From Bacillota bacterium (GTDB lineage Bacteria; Bacillota; Sulfobacillia; JAJZYS01; JAJYTV01): a stretch of DNA of 64,000 nucleotides. The translations under genes and the position numbers were made by a program. The notes beneath the pieces are model-generated. The model had not been told where the DNA came from. It did not search any database and worked only from the letters and a program-made list of their open reading frames with translations. This document shows positions 52,116-61,586 of the stretch, piece after piece. Each line of letters begins with the position of its first letter. Positions within the stretch are counted from its first letter, which is position 1. The stretch covers positions 36,287-100,286 of the forward strand of contig JAJYSJ010000010.1 in assembly GCA_021793645.1 (NCBI GenBank), given 5' to 3'.

Positions 52116-52885
52116 GCGCAGAAGCCGGATTCGGCGTGGCTGGCTGTTAGTGGTTCGCCCTTCATGGAGTTCAGCCTGAGAGAAGTGGGTGTTTTTTGGG
52201 GGGGCGCTTTAGGAAGTGCGGTCCGAGGCGCGGTAAGCTGGGCGGTTGCCTTCAGCGCAAACACCCCTGCGAGGATGAGCGAGATAAGTTCTCAGACATT
52301 GACAACCAACGAACTACAGCAATACATTCTGGCGAAGTACGAGTTACTAAGTGGGCATGCGCGTAGAGATGGAATATTCGTGACCTTCGAAGTGTTCCTT
52401 CAAAGTGGAACCCAAAGAAATATAGAAAGGTGTTACGCATGTTCTGATGGAGACAACTATAATTACGAGTAAACTGAACGAGGTGTAGTTACATCGCAAA
52501 AGAGAATCGAATAAAGTAGTTGACGTTGAATATTGGAAATTAGCTGATCACGCGTTCAAGACAAATTTGTAATATGAATCAGCCGCCATAAAGACGGAGA
52601 GGACATTAGAAGGATCCTATTCGCTAAACAGTTCGAAGTCTTGGCGCTAGTCGGAGAGGCTTACCGCCAGCGAGGAGAAGAGGAGATTGACGAAACGTTG
52701 AGAGACTTTCCGTACCACGGCGACACGCCGTAGGCCACCCTTTGCAACGACGCGCCACTCGTCGATGCCGTCTAGAAGCTCCGAGAAGTGGTCCGTTGGC
52801 CGAGTGCGGTTTACAGGATGTCTTGATAGCCATTCAAGAGGTCTGGTGGTCGGTATACGTTGCGAACCGATTACAGGAGGTCAAG

Positions 52886-52915
52886 AGGCTGCGAGCGGAA
52901 GTCCGCTCGCAGCCT
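52886..52915. terminator. perfect GC hairpin
   Basis: AGGCTGCGAGCGGA-AG-TCCGCTCGCAGCCT. Confidence 0.55.
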
Positions 52916-53508
52916 GCGTTTGAAGGTGCTTCACTGGCGCAACAAGAGGTGACCAACTGGCAGAAAATAGGTGGGGCTGGCGTCGCGTCACCACGGCGCG
53001 TCACCACGAGAGGTCGGGGCGTGCTGCACGCAACTCGGGGCATGACATCGGCTAGGTCTGCGTACGGTGGCGCTGCTGCCCCCGGATATGGCTCGTGGTT
53101 CAGCTCCGTTTCGCGCGATCCTCCGTGGGGGCGTACGCGGGAAACAGCTTATCGAAGATTACTCGCCGTACGGGTGCAGGTAAGCGTCTTTCGGCGTCGC
53201 AGACCGGCAACGGTGGCCGCGCGTCGTTGCGATTCGACCAGATCCAGGTTGGAAGGTCCGGCTGGCCGCCACTATCAGCCGCGGTTGAAGGGCTGGCGTT
53301 TGTTGCGCGCGACGTAGGGGCCCCACCCGATCAGGGGCTCCTTGACACGCCCCTTTTGGATTGGAAGTCTTAGCACTGCCTTGAGCTACTCGAAGATGGC
53401 TCGACCCGATTCCTGGGAGACCAGATGGAGGCCACAGGCGCGATAGCGGCTCAACAGATAGAACGCTGAAGGGGATATGAAGAACGCGAAGAAACGTGCA
53501 AAGTATGC

Positions 53509-53537
53509 TTGACAGCATTCGGAAAACGCGATATAAG
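53509..53537 (+). promoter_or_regulatory. sigA-like promoter for the DGQHR gene
   Basis: TTGACA-N17-TATAAG; RBS GAGGAG at ~53571. Confidence 0.55.
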
Positions 53538-53585
53538 TGAAACCAGATTCCGGTCACGATTCCAGTTCGAGAGGAGAGGGTTGCG

Positions 53586-54806
53586 ATGACCGATGGGCTC
53601 AATGCGTTCGAAACGATCGACCCCACCCGTAAGGCGCTGCTGCAGCAGAGGATTGAGGGCTGCAGCATCGGGAAGACGCCGTCGAAGTTCTTCAAGGTAA
53701 GAGCGGATCTCACGCCCGGAGATCTCATCAAGCTGGTGGGCTACGATCCCAGAACCGTCAACCCTAAGGCAAAGACGCCGGCCAACATCTCTCACGCGCT
53801 AGAAGACCTGATCACGGAAGTGCAGCGTAACATCGACCCGCGGCGAGTGGAGGAGATGGTTGCGTACCTCCACCAGGCTGTGGAGAACGACGGCTACGCC
53901 GACTGGTCAGAGATCGACTTGGTGACCGCTGCCCAGCCGGATACGTCTACGTACGAGACTGACCACGGAGTCGGGTTTCCCCAGGCCACTGAGTACTTCA
54001 TCACAGATGGACAGCATCGCTACTGCGCAATCCTCGACTTCGTAAGGCAATATCCCCCGTACGCAAACCGCTTCACCGTGGCGGTTGCCATTGGGGTGCT
54101 GCCGGAAGGCCGGTTGAGCGCCTGGGCTGGGCAAGCCTTCCACGACAAGAACTACCTGCAGAAGGCAGTGAACGCTACGAAGGCGTTGGCGGTCGACACG
54201 CGTGACTTGCACAACCGCCTGACCAAGGAGCTTACCGATCACCCCGTGATCAAGGCTGCTGGGGGGATCAACCTTTACAAGCAGTCGGTTTCGGCAGGCG
54301 CCCCTGAGTTCGCGACTCATGCCGTCCTCTACAAGTTCGTTCGAGGGTTCGCTGAGGGCCATCGAGGGGTCTACAAGGGGGCGCTGAATAATCCCTCTCT
54401 GACCGACGAGACCTATGAAGCAATCCGCGCGAGCCTTTGGGAGTACCTGGGTTACCTAGGGCAGGCGTTCCCTAGCTGGCGGCTCGTACCTGACAGGGAG
54501 GAGTACCTGTTCCGCGCGAGCGCATCGTTGCAGGCCCTGGGCGTTCTAGGGCACCTGATCTACAGCAGTGTCGACGAGCCTGACCAGCGTAAGCGCCTCA
54601 CGATCAACGTTGGAGAGCGTAACGTAGACTGGCGACGCGCCAACTGGCAGACGTGGGGGATCATGGGGCGGGTCAACGAGGAGACCCATGAAGTCTCCCC
54701 GACGAGCACGCGACAGGTAATAGAGGCGACCATTCAGCTAGTCCGCAATCGCAGCGGCATCGAGAAGTACCTAGAGAGCGGTCGCGCCAGCGATTCCAAC
54801 GCTTAA
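53586..54806 (+). CDS. DGQHR-domain (DndB/ParB-like) protein
   Basis: VQRNIDPRRV..M..YL, ITDGQHRYCAI, Q.FHDKN. Confidence 0.85.
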   Translation: MTDGLNAFETIDPTRKALLQQRIEGCSIGKTPSKFFKVRADLTPGDLIKLVGYDPRTVNPKAKTPANISHALEDLITEVQRNIDPRRVEEMVAYLHQAVENDGYADWSEIDLVTAAQPDTSTYETDHGVGFPQATEYFITDGQHRYCAILDFVRQYPPYANRFTVAVAIGVLPEGRLSAWAGQAFHDKNYLQKAVNATKALAVDTRDLHNRLTKELTDHPVIKAAGGINLYKQSVSAGAPEFATHAVLYKFVRGFAEGHRGVYKGALNNPSLTDETYEAIRASLWEYLGYLGQAFPSWRLVPDREEYLFRASASLQALGVLGHLIYSSVDEPDQRKRLTINVGERNVDWRRANWQTWGIMGRVNEETHEVSPTSTRQVIEATIQLVRNRSGIEKYLESGRASDSNA

Positions 54807-54814
54807 GGGAGTCG

Positions 54815-54858
54815 CACGCCGCGCCAGCAGGTCTGCTAAGAGCTGCTGGCGCGGCGTG
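54815..54858. terminator. 16-bp perfect hairpin after the DGQHR gene
   Basis: CACGCCGCGCCAGCAG-N12-CTGCTGGCGCGGCGTG; no U tract. Confidence 0.55.
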
Positions 54859-54859
54859 G

Positions 54860-54979
54860 CACAATGGCCGGGACTACTACGCCCGACAGGGGAACCGCAT
54901 CGTCTTGCCGAATTCGCCGGCCGAACGACCGTCTCAGGAATACCTCGAATGGCACCGAACCAATGTTTTCATTGTTTAG
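54860..54979 (+). pseudogene. C-terminal remnant of an HNH restriction endonuclease
   Basis: hand translation HNGRDYYARQGNRIVLPNSPAERPSQEYLEWHRTNVFIV*. Confidence 0.7.
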
Positions 54980-55044
54980 GCAGCGAGCAGATCAACACGT
55001 CCAAACCAGCACGGCTGCTGTTGGCCGTACAGGGGGCTTGTCCC

Positions 55045-56019
55045 TTGACCTTTGAAGAGCTCAAGAACTTTGTCGAGTCCGAGATGCGCATGAGCCATAT
55101 TTATCAACCTCTGATGATCCGCGCCTTGGTCGAGGCAGGCGGCGTCGCAACCGTCAGGCAATTGGCGCTTGCGTTCGTCGGTAGAGACGAAAGCCAAATC
55201 CTGCATTACGAGAGGCGAATTCGTGAGATGCCGCTCCGCGTTCTCAAAAACCACGGAGTCGTGCAAGAGGACGGCAAGCTGGTATCTCTATCAACCGAGC
55301 GGCTGACGTTCGAGCAGCGATCGGTCGTCCTCATGGCGTGTGAGCAGAGGATGCAAGAGTTTGTCGCCAAGCGCGGACTGGCTTTGTGGGACTATCGGAT
55401 GCTGGACACTGAGCCCATTCCCGACAGCCTGCGGCTGCGTGTACTTATGGCTTCCGGGCGGCGTTGCGCCCTCTGCGGCGCGACGAGTAGAGAGCGCCCA
55501 CTCGACGTGGATCACATCATCCCGCGATCGCGTGGGGGGAAGACTGTCCTCTCCAACCTGCAGGTCCTGTGCAGCAAGTGCAACCGCAGCAAGGGGAATA
55601 AGGACACGACAGACTTCCGAGTAGATCCTCTCACGCCGTCGGACCCTGACTGCACGTTCTGTGATGGCGAATTGAGGGACCGTGCCGTGTACCATAACGG
55701 CCGCGTCTTCGCCGTAAGGGACAATTACCCTGTCAGCGACGGTCACACCATCATCATCACCCACAGGCATGTACCTGACTTGTTGCAGATGACGGGAACC
55801 GAGACCGCAGAGGCTTACGATCTGATTCGCGTGATCTCCAACGAACTCAGGGGAGAGGACTCGTCGATCACCGGATTCAACGTTGGCGCCAACTGTGGCG
55901 TCGACGCGGGTCAGACGGTAATGCATGCCCACATCCATCTCGTGCCCCGTAGAAGCGGCGACACGCCATCCCCGCGTGGAGGGGTGCGGGGCGTCATTCC
56001 TGACCGCATGGCGTACTGA
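55045..56019 (+). CDS. HNH endonuclease-HIT hydrolase fusion
   Basis: CALCG..DVDHIIPRSRGG....NLQVLCSKCN (HNH) plus CTFC, YPVS.GH, FNVG.N.G..AGQTVMHAHIHLVPRR (HIT). Confidence 0.9.
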   Translation: MTFEELKNFVESEMRMSHIYQPLMIRALVEAGGVATVRQLALAFVGRDESQILHYERRIREMPLRVLKNHGVVQEDGKLVSLSTERLTFEQRSVVLMACEQRMQEFVAKRGLALWDYRMLDTEPIPDSLRLRVLMASGRRCALCGATSRERPLDVDHIIPRSRGGKTVLSNLQVLCSKCNRSKGNKDTTDFRVDPLTPSDPDCTFCDGELRDRAVYHNGRVFAVRDNYPVSDGHTIIITHRHVPDLLQMTGTETAEAYDLIRVISNELRGEDSSITGFNVGANCGVDAGQTVMHAHIHLVPRRSGDTPSPRGGVRGVIPDRMAY

Positions 56020-56065
56020 GGTCACAGATTTCCTCTTAGAGAATTCACAGGGAGGCAACCGGCTC

Positions 56066-56972
56066 ATGATCGACCTGGAGTTCGAACGGCGCGTACGCGA
56101 TGCAGCGATGGCGTGGCTGGACGCCCAAAATCCATCCCGTTCACGCCTCTTCCGGTATGACGACGTTTCGGACTTCACGTTTGAAGGTGAGAGGATCCCC
56201 CTGTTGCCCACGCAGCAGGGCATTCGGAAGCCTGCCGTTCTGTCTGCTGCTCTGTCGATCCGGACAACTTACACTCCCCCCGGTGAAGCCCCACCCTACA
56301 ACGACACTGTTGGTCTCGACGGATTGCACCGCTATAAGTACAGGGGGACCGACCCAGAGCATCACGAGAATGTTGCGTTGCGAATGGCTTTCAGATACCA
56401 TCTGCCGCTGATCTGGTTCGTAGGTGCGTACCGACCTGGCTTCTACTTCGCGCTGTATTTCGGTCATCGATGACGAGATGGACCAACTGCAATTTGTCAT
56501 CGCACTTGACAAGGCAGAGGCGCTCCCAACGGAGGGGAGCGTGCTCAGTCCAGACCAAAGAATTTATGCGGAGCGCATGACAAAGGAGCGCTTGCACCAA
56601 CCGCTATTCCGAGCTTAGGTGCTTCAGGCGTACCAGCAGCAGTGCGCAATCTGTCGGCTGCGGCATGTCTCCTTACTCGACGCGGCGCACATCCTGCCTG
56701 ACGGACATCCGAGGGGTCTCCCCGTCGTGCCTAACGGACTTTCTCTCTGCAAGATCCACCACGCTGCCTATGACGAGAACATCCTCGGTATCCGACCGGA
56801 CCTCGTGGTTGTTGTCCGTGGCGACATCCGCGATGAACGGGACGGCCCGATGCTCTTGCACGGGTTGCAGGAGATGGACGGAACACGCCTCTTGGTTCCG
56901 TCTGTCCGATCCGTTCAACCGGACCATAGCCGTCTTGAAGAGAGGTACGAAGAGTTCCTCAGTGCTGGTTGA
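56066..56972 (+). pseudogene. SRA-like-HNH restriction endonuclease, frameshift ~56460 and TAG at 56616
   Basis: close paralogue of 58509..59408. Confidence 0.85.
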
Positions 56973-57096
56973 TGAGTAGCGCCAGCTTGCCTTATTCAAG
57001 AAGGAGAACGACGTAGCGCCTTTAAGGGTATAAAAGGAGCCTCTTGGTGATGTGCCGAAAGGATACAGATGTCGAGACATTGAGTGAGGGATACGT

Positions 57097-58035
57097 GTGC
57101 CGAAGTGTTTTGTAATTATGCCTTTCTCGGCGACTGCCAACCACTCTGCTGAAGAGTGGACTGAGATCTTTGACGAGATTATCAAGCCGTCGGTGAGGGG
57201 AGCACGCCTCCGCCTAGAGTGCTACCGACTGTCAATAAGACCGGGTTCGTTTATGAAGGACATTGTACGAGAACTTAGAGATGCTGACGTAGTTGTTGCG
57301 GACCTGACCGATAGAAACGCTAATGTATTCTATGAGTTAGGAATTCGTCATTCACTTAAAAATAGAACGGTACTGATAGCGCAGAACATTGAGGACGTTC
57401 CATCGGACCTCCGACAATATGGCATCATTGTTTATGGACGGGGCCCTGGTGAAATTACAAGGTTCAAGGCCGAGATGAGAAACCAGCTGCGCGCTACACT
57501 TGGAACTGCAGAGCGTTCGGATAATCCAGTGTCCGACTTTCTAAGAGATACGGAGGCGGGCCTATTCCACTTCGAGAGAATTCAAACCGTAAGAAAGCTT
57601 GATGCGTTGACTTCTGAACTGTCTCATAATATTTCGTATTGTGAAGCCTTGACAAGACTGATTTCTAAAGCGAGAGACGGACGCAGATCGGTTCCGTCAG
57701 TTCGCCTGCGGGCTGACGCGTTATCGCAATTGCTTGCGACTAATTATGCACTGTTTGATGATTCGCGCCAGCTTAGGCTACTGCATCTGCTGTATGCCGA
57801 TACCGTGCAGGTGAATGTACGCTTGGAGTTTTGGATGTTGTTGCGCCAAGACACTAAGGATGCAGCTCTGAGGGATTTGGAGGCCCGTTTGCAACGCTGT
57901 AGAAACAAGGCTGTGACGGCGTTGAGTTATGTGGGTCAGGCTAAGCGATACTACCAAACTCTATCATCGCCCGACACACGACCGTCGATCGTGGTGCTAG
58001 CCGATGAGAGTCATGAGAGCTTTCTCGGAGAATGA
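57097..58035 (+). CDS. nucleoside 2-deoxyribosyltransferase-like domain protein with helical C-terminus
   Basis: CFVIMPF...ADVVVADLT..NANVFYELGIRH....TVLI.....VP.DL; lower GC. Confidence 0.75.
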   Translation: MPKCFVIMPFSATANHSAEEWTEIFDEIIKPSVRGARLRLECYRLSIRPGSFMKDIVRELRDADVVVADLTDRNANVFYELGIRHSLKNRTVLIAQNIEDVPSDLRQYGIIVYGRGPGEITRFKAEMRNQLRATLGTAERSDNPVSDFLRDTEAGLFHFERIQTVRKLDALTSELSHNISYCEALTRLISKARDGRRSVPSVRLRADALSQLLATNYALFDDSRQLRLLHLLYADTVQVNVRLEFWMLLRQDTKDAALRDLEARLQRCRNKAVTALSYVGQAKRYYQTLSSPDTRPSIVVLADESHESFLGE

Positions 58036-58508
58036 TATCGTGGTCCTGCTCTGAGGGAAGTACCCTGAGCGAGAGTACATCAATTCACCTCACAGAATGT
58101 CCCTTTTGTGAGGTGAACGTACCCGAAGAGGATCCGGAGCCTCCTCAAGCTCGGCTTCATCTCGTCAAAACTGCTTCACGAAAGGTGCGAATGCTGAGAC
58201 CTCTTGATGTGCGATCAAGAGGTAGATCGAGGGGCGACGTCAAGGCACCGCGCTGGCTGATGCGAAGAATCCCTTTGAGCGATACTCTTCGAAATCCGCA
58301 TGGTAGGCGCCCTATAAACTGCACGCTCGGCAGAGTATAGTGGGCGCGCGGCGCGGTTAGGAGGAGTGCCAAACGGTTTTCACGAAGACAGTAAAGTAGA
58401 CGACGTGTCCTGGCTTCTCGCCAACTCGGGCCGATGCCGCCCCTGTTCCGCCGAGTCTTGCAACGGTGTTGGTTTCACTGAGATGCCGGCACGGCAAGGG
58501 GTGATGGT

Positions 58509-59408
58509 ATGGTCGACGAACAATACGAATATTCCGTGCGTAAGGCTGCCATGGACTGGCTACACATGCAAAATCCCAGTGGTTCGCGTCTGCTCCGCTA
58601 TGAAGACGTTGCGTCGTTTACGTTTGAAGGACGAAGGATTCCGCTCATGCCTACTCAACAGGGAATCCGCAAGCCTGCCCACATGTCCGCCGCGTTGTCG
58701 ATTCGCACGACCTTCACCCCACCTGGCGAGGCCCCGCCATACGAAGATGCCATGGGCAAGGACGGTCTACCACGCTACAAGTATCGCGGAACAGACCCAC
58801 AGCACCATGAGAACGTGGCGCTGCGAACCGCTCTCGAGTACCGGCTACCCCTAATTTGGTTCGTTGGCGCGCAGAGTGGCTTGTATGTGCCGGTGTATCC
58901 CGTCTGGATTGTCGGCGAAGAGAAGTCCGAGCTCCAGTTTGTTCTCGCTTTTGACAGGTCGGATGTACTTCTGGCATCCGATGATACCGACCGTCGCCAC
59001 TACGTAGAGCGCGTGACGAAAGAACGCCTGCACCAGACTGTGTTTCGGGCGCAAGTGCTCCAAGCTTACGAGCAAAGCTGCGCGATCTGCCGCCTGCGGC
59101 ACGTATCCCTTCTCGAAGCTGCCCACATCCTGCCCGACGGACATCCGAGGGGGCTTCCGGTGGTGCCGAATGGGTTGTCCCTGTGCAAGATGCATCACGC
59201 AGCCTATGATCAGAATCTCCTTGGCATCCGCCCAGACTTCGTCGTGGAAGTGCGCGCGGACGTCCTTCGCGAGCACGACGGACCGATGCTCTTGCATGGC
59301 TTACAGGAAATGGATGGTGTACCTCTTCTTGTCCCGGCATCGCGTAGCGCACGACCAGACCCGAGCCGCCTCGAGGAACGGTATAAGGAGTTCCTACAGG
59401 CCGGGTGA
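58509..59408 (+). CDS. putative modification-dependent HNH restriction endonuclease (SRA/PUA-like N-domain)
   Basis: GIRKP, PYED..G.DG..RYKYRG.D...N.ALR.A; RLHQ..FR..VL.AY...CAIC, AAHI, NGLSLC..HH.AYD. Confidence 0.85.
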   Translation: MVDEQYEYSVRKAAMDWLHMQNPSGSRLLRYEDVASFTFEGRRIPLMPTQQGIRKPAHMSAALSIRTTFTPPGEAPPYEDAMGKDGLPRYKYRGTDPQHHENVALRTALEYRLPLIWFVGAQSGLYVPVYPVWIVGEEKSELQFVLAFDRSDVLLASDDTDRRHYVERVTKERLHQTVFRAQVLQAYEQSCAICRLRHVSLLEAAHILPDGHPRGLPVVPNGLSLCKMHHAAYDQNLLGIRPDFVVEVRADVLREHDGPMLLHGLQEMDGVPLLVPASRSARPDPSRLEERYKEFLQAG

Positions 59409-59589
59409 GTGATCGCCTGCCTGATATCGCTTGGGAAGTCTTATGATTCGCATGTGTCGCGTAGCAACGCGTCGTCTCCCGACTTTGCAGACCGGGCGCG
59501 TGAGGCGTCGAAGCGTATGCGGCCCAAGCCCACCACCTACAGCTGAGCCAAGAGGAAGTCCCGCAGGTTGGCGCCCTGCGGGACTTGAG

Positions 59590-59897
59590 AGAACGAGGAT
59601 CTATGGAACTACCGCCAGAGCTTCAAATGGCTAGGGAACCTTGGCGCCCCCTCCGTGATCTTCCTCGGAGGGGGCGTCGTCGTATCACTGAAGACGCTGA
59701 CCGGCACGGCGCCGTATATGGTGAAGGTACCGGAGATCGCTGCGGCCATGGGGGTTGCCGCGGTATTTGGGCTTTTCCGGTACCCCCTCGACATGCAGGG
59801 CGATCGAGTGACGACCTGGCTGCGACGCGGAGCACGCTACCTACGCAGGGGACGTCGCGGCTCGATGTTTGCGGGCAGGGACTCCAGATCCGCTTGA
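59590..59897 (+). pseudogene. PrgI-like conjugation membrane protein, frameshifted
   Basis: ELPPEL..., two TMs, RYP...G.....WL....RY..R; lies upstream of virB4 fragments. Confidence 0.45.
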
Positions 59898-59903
59898 GGC
59901 GTC

Positions 59904-60491
59904 TCACGAGTTCTGTGGCCGCGGGTCCTGCTGCTTGCGGACCGTGGTCAGTGCATTGATCAGCTCCGTGCGCTCCCACAACTCCACCTGGTTGGACCTC
60001 GCAAGTGTTTTGGCCGGTGCCGTGAAGTACGTGTTGGTGATCACTATGGCGTGCTGCGCATGGTACATGCTCATGGCGCTCACCACCTCTTGGACAGCAC
60101 TCACACCAACCTTGCGATCAAGACTGTACCGCTTTGCTTGGACGACGGTGGTTGTTCCGTTCTTGTGCAGCACCAGATCTGCTCCGTAATCGCCCGAGAC
60201 TTTTGTGTGTCTTACCGAGTAACCGAGATCCCGAAAGAGAAGACCGAGCTTCCGCTCAAAGGTGCGGCCATCCATCTGGTCGATTTCAGCAATTCCCGAC
60301 TTCCTGATCCGTTCACGCTGTTGCCAAGCCGAATAGACGAAGGCACCGACACCGGCGATGAAGAGCACAACGCCGATCAGGAGCACGATAGGATGCCTCT
60401 GCAGCCAGCCAAGTCCCACAATGGCGAGCAGCAGGGGGAATGCTGCTGCGCCACCGGGGAGAGTACCTGCCCTACGGCGAGAACGCCTCAT
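59904..60491 (-). CDS. membrane-anchored Mrr-like restriction endonuclease
   Basis: two N-terminal TMs; M.G..FE..L..LF..LGY.V..T..SGDYGADL, VQAKRY, AVQE, TN.YFT.PA..LA. Confidence 0.85.
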   Translation of the reverse strand: MRRSRRRAGTLPGGAAAFPLLLAIVGLGWLQRHPIVLLIGVVLFIAGVGAFVYSAWQQRERIRKSGIAEIDQMDGRTFERKLGLLFRDLGYSVRHTKVSGDYGADLVLHKNGTTTVVQAKRYSLDRKVGVSAVQEVVSAMSMYHAQHAIVITNTYFTAPAKTLARSNQVELWERTELINALTTVRKQQDPRPQNS

Positions 60492-60559
60492 CTTGGACCT
60501 CCCATTGCACATTACGCCGACCGCCGAGGCGAGCCGATGCGGGATGCCTCGCACGCGCT

Positions 60560-60645
60560 AGTGGACGTACAGGCCGTCTATGGCCCCATCAATCACCGTA
60601 AGGACGGTATGCATGGTGTCCTCGTCGAAGTCGGGCGCGCAATCT
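60560..60645 (+). pseudogene. duplicated 5' fragment of the virB4-like gene
   Basis: VDVQAVYGPINHRKDGMHGVLVEV vs VDIEVIEGSTVHRKDGLYSALVEV at ~61640. Confidence 0.6.
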
Positions 60646-60702
60646 CCTGATGCAAGACGCCCAGACTGCCCAGCCGGGATGTCCGAACGCTGGGATGGCT
60701 TG

Positions 60703-61488
60703 TTAGCTAATGGTCCCCGCTACGAATCGCTCTGTTTCATCTGCAGTTTGCCGGGCTGTGGTGTACTCCCTCACGACGCCAGCGAATCGCCAAAGGCCGA
60801 CAAAGAAGCCAATTATCCAGCCAAAAGAGATGCCGAACATCAGCACCAGGAAGAAGGGGATGGCGCCACCGAGTAATCCAGCGTAGGCGGCAGCGCCAAA
60901 CGATTTGACGATAAAGTTCCAGCCCCAGTACAGGCCAAGGGCATAGAATGGTCCGGCGATGATACCTGAACCGCCCATTGCACCGATTCCGATAATCGCA
61001 CCAATCACCGCGACAGCGATGCTTATCCATATGGTGTTCTGCAGGCGTTTAAGGTAGAGGCGGTTGTTGGCCAACAGACATTCTGGACATGCCGTCATAG
61101 TGAACAGTCCGGCGCATTCGGTGCACAGGCCTTTGCCGCAGAACTGGCATGCCGCCACTGCAGTTCGGTCGGAGTGCCTGCGGCAGCCGATGGTGGAAGA
61201 AGCGTGGCCCTGTGATGCATCAGGCCCGTAGGCGTTCCCCGTGTTCCCCGTACTGCCAGCTTGGTGAGCACCGAAATGGCTTCGGTCATAGGCGGAACGT
61301 TTCTGCGGGTTGCCAAGTACCGAGTAGGCTTCGTTTACTTCCCTAAGCCTCTCTGCAGCCAGATGAGCCAGGGGGTTGCCAACGTGACGGTCTGGGTGCA
61401 GTTCCATAGCCAACTTGCGGTAGGTCTGTTTGATTTCTTCATTTGTCGCTGTAGTGGAGACGCCCAACACTGAGTACAGATCAGCCGT
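60703..61488 (-). CDS. DnaJ-domain/B-box-like zinc finger membrane protein
   Basis: DLYSVLGV...A...EIK..YRKLA..LHPD, NEAY.VL; C..H.......C..C...LC..C; C-terminal TMs; ACG at the expected start after GGGGAGG. Confidence 0.8.
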   Translation of the reverse strand, partial: TADLYSVLGVSTTATNEEIKQTYRKLAMELHPDRHVGNPLAHLAAERLREVNEAYSVLGNPQKRSAYDRSHFGAHQAGSTGNTGNAYGPDASQGHASSTIGCRRHSDRTAVAACQFCGKGLCTECAGLFTMTACPECLLANNRLYLKRLQNTIWISIAVAVIGAIIGIGAMGGSGIIAGPFYALGLYWGWNFIVKSFGAAAYAGLLGGAIPFFLVLMFGISFGWIIGFFVGLWRFAGVVREYTTARQTADETERFVAGTIS

Positions 61489-61586
61489 TGTAGGTTCCTC
61501 CCCATTACGAAAGGCTGTGCCATATACCGCACCAGTTCATTCCAGCAGTGCCCACTAAAGTCCTCCTAAGGAAGAAAGGTGAAATA

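Noticed and set aside
53586-54806. Complete Dnd phosphorothioation system
   Set aside because: Only a DGQHR gene; no dndA/C/D/E in the window
57097-58500. Retron with NDT effector
   Set aside because: No reverse transcriptase ORF (no YADD-type motif) nearby
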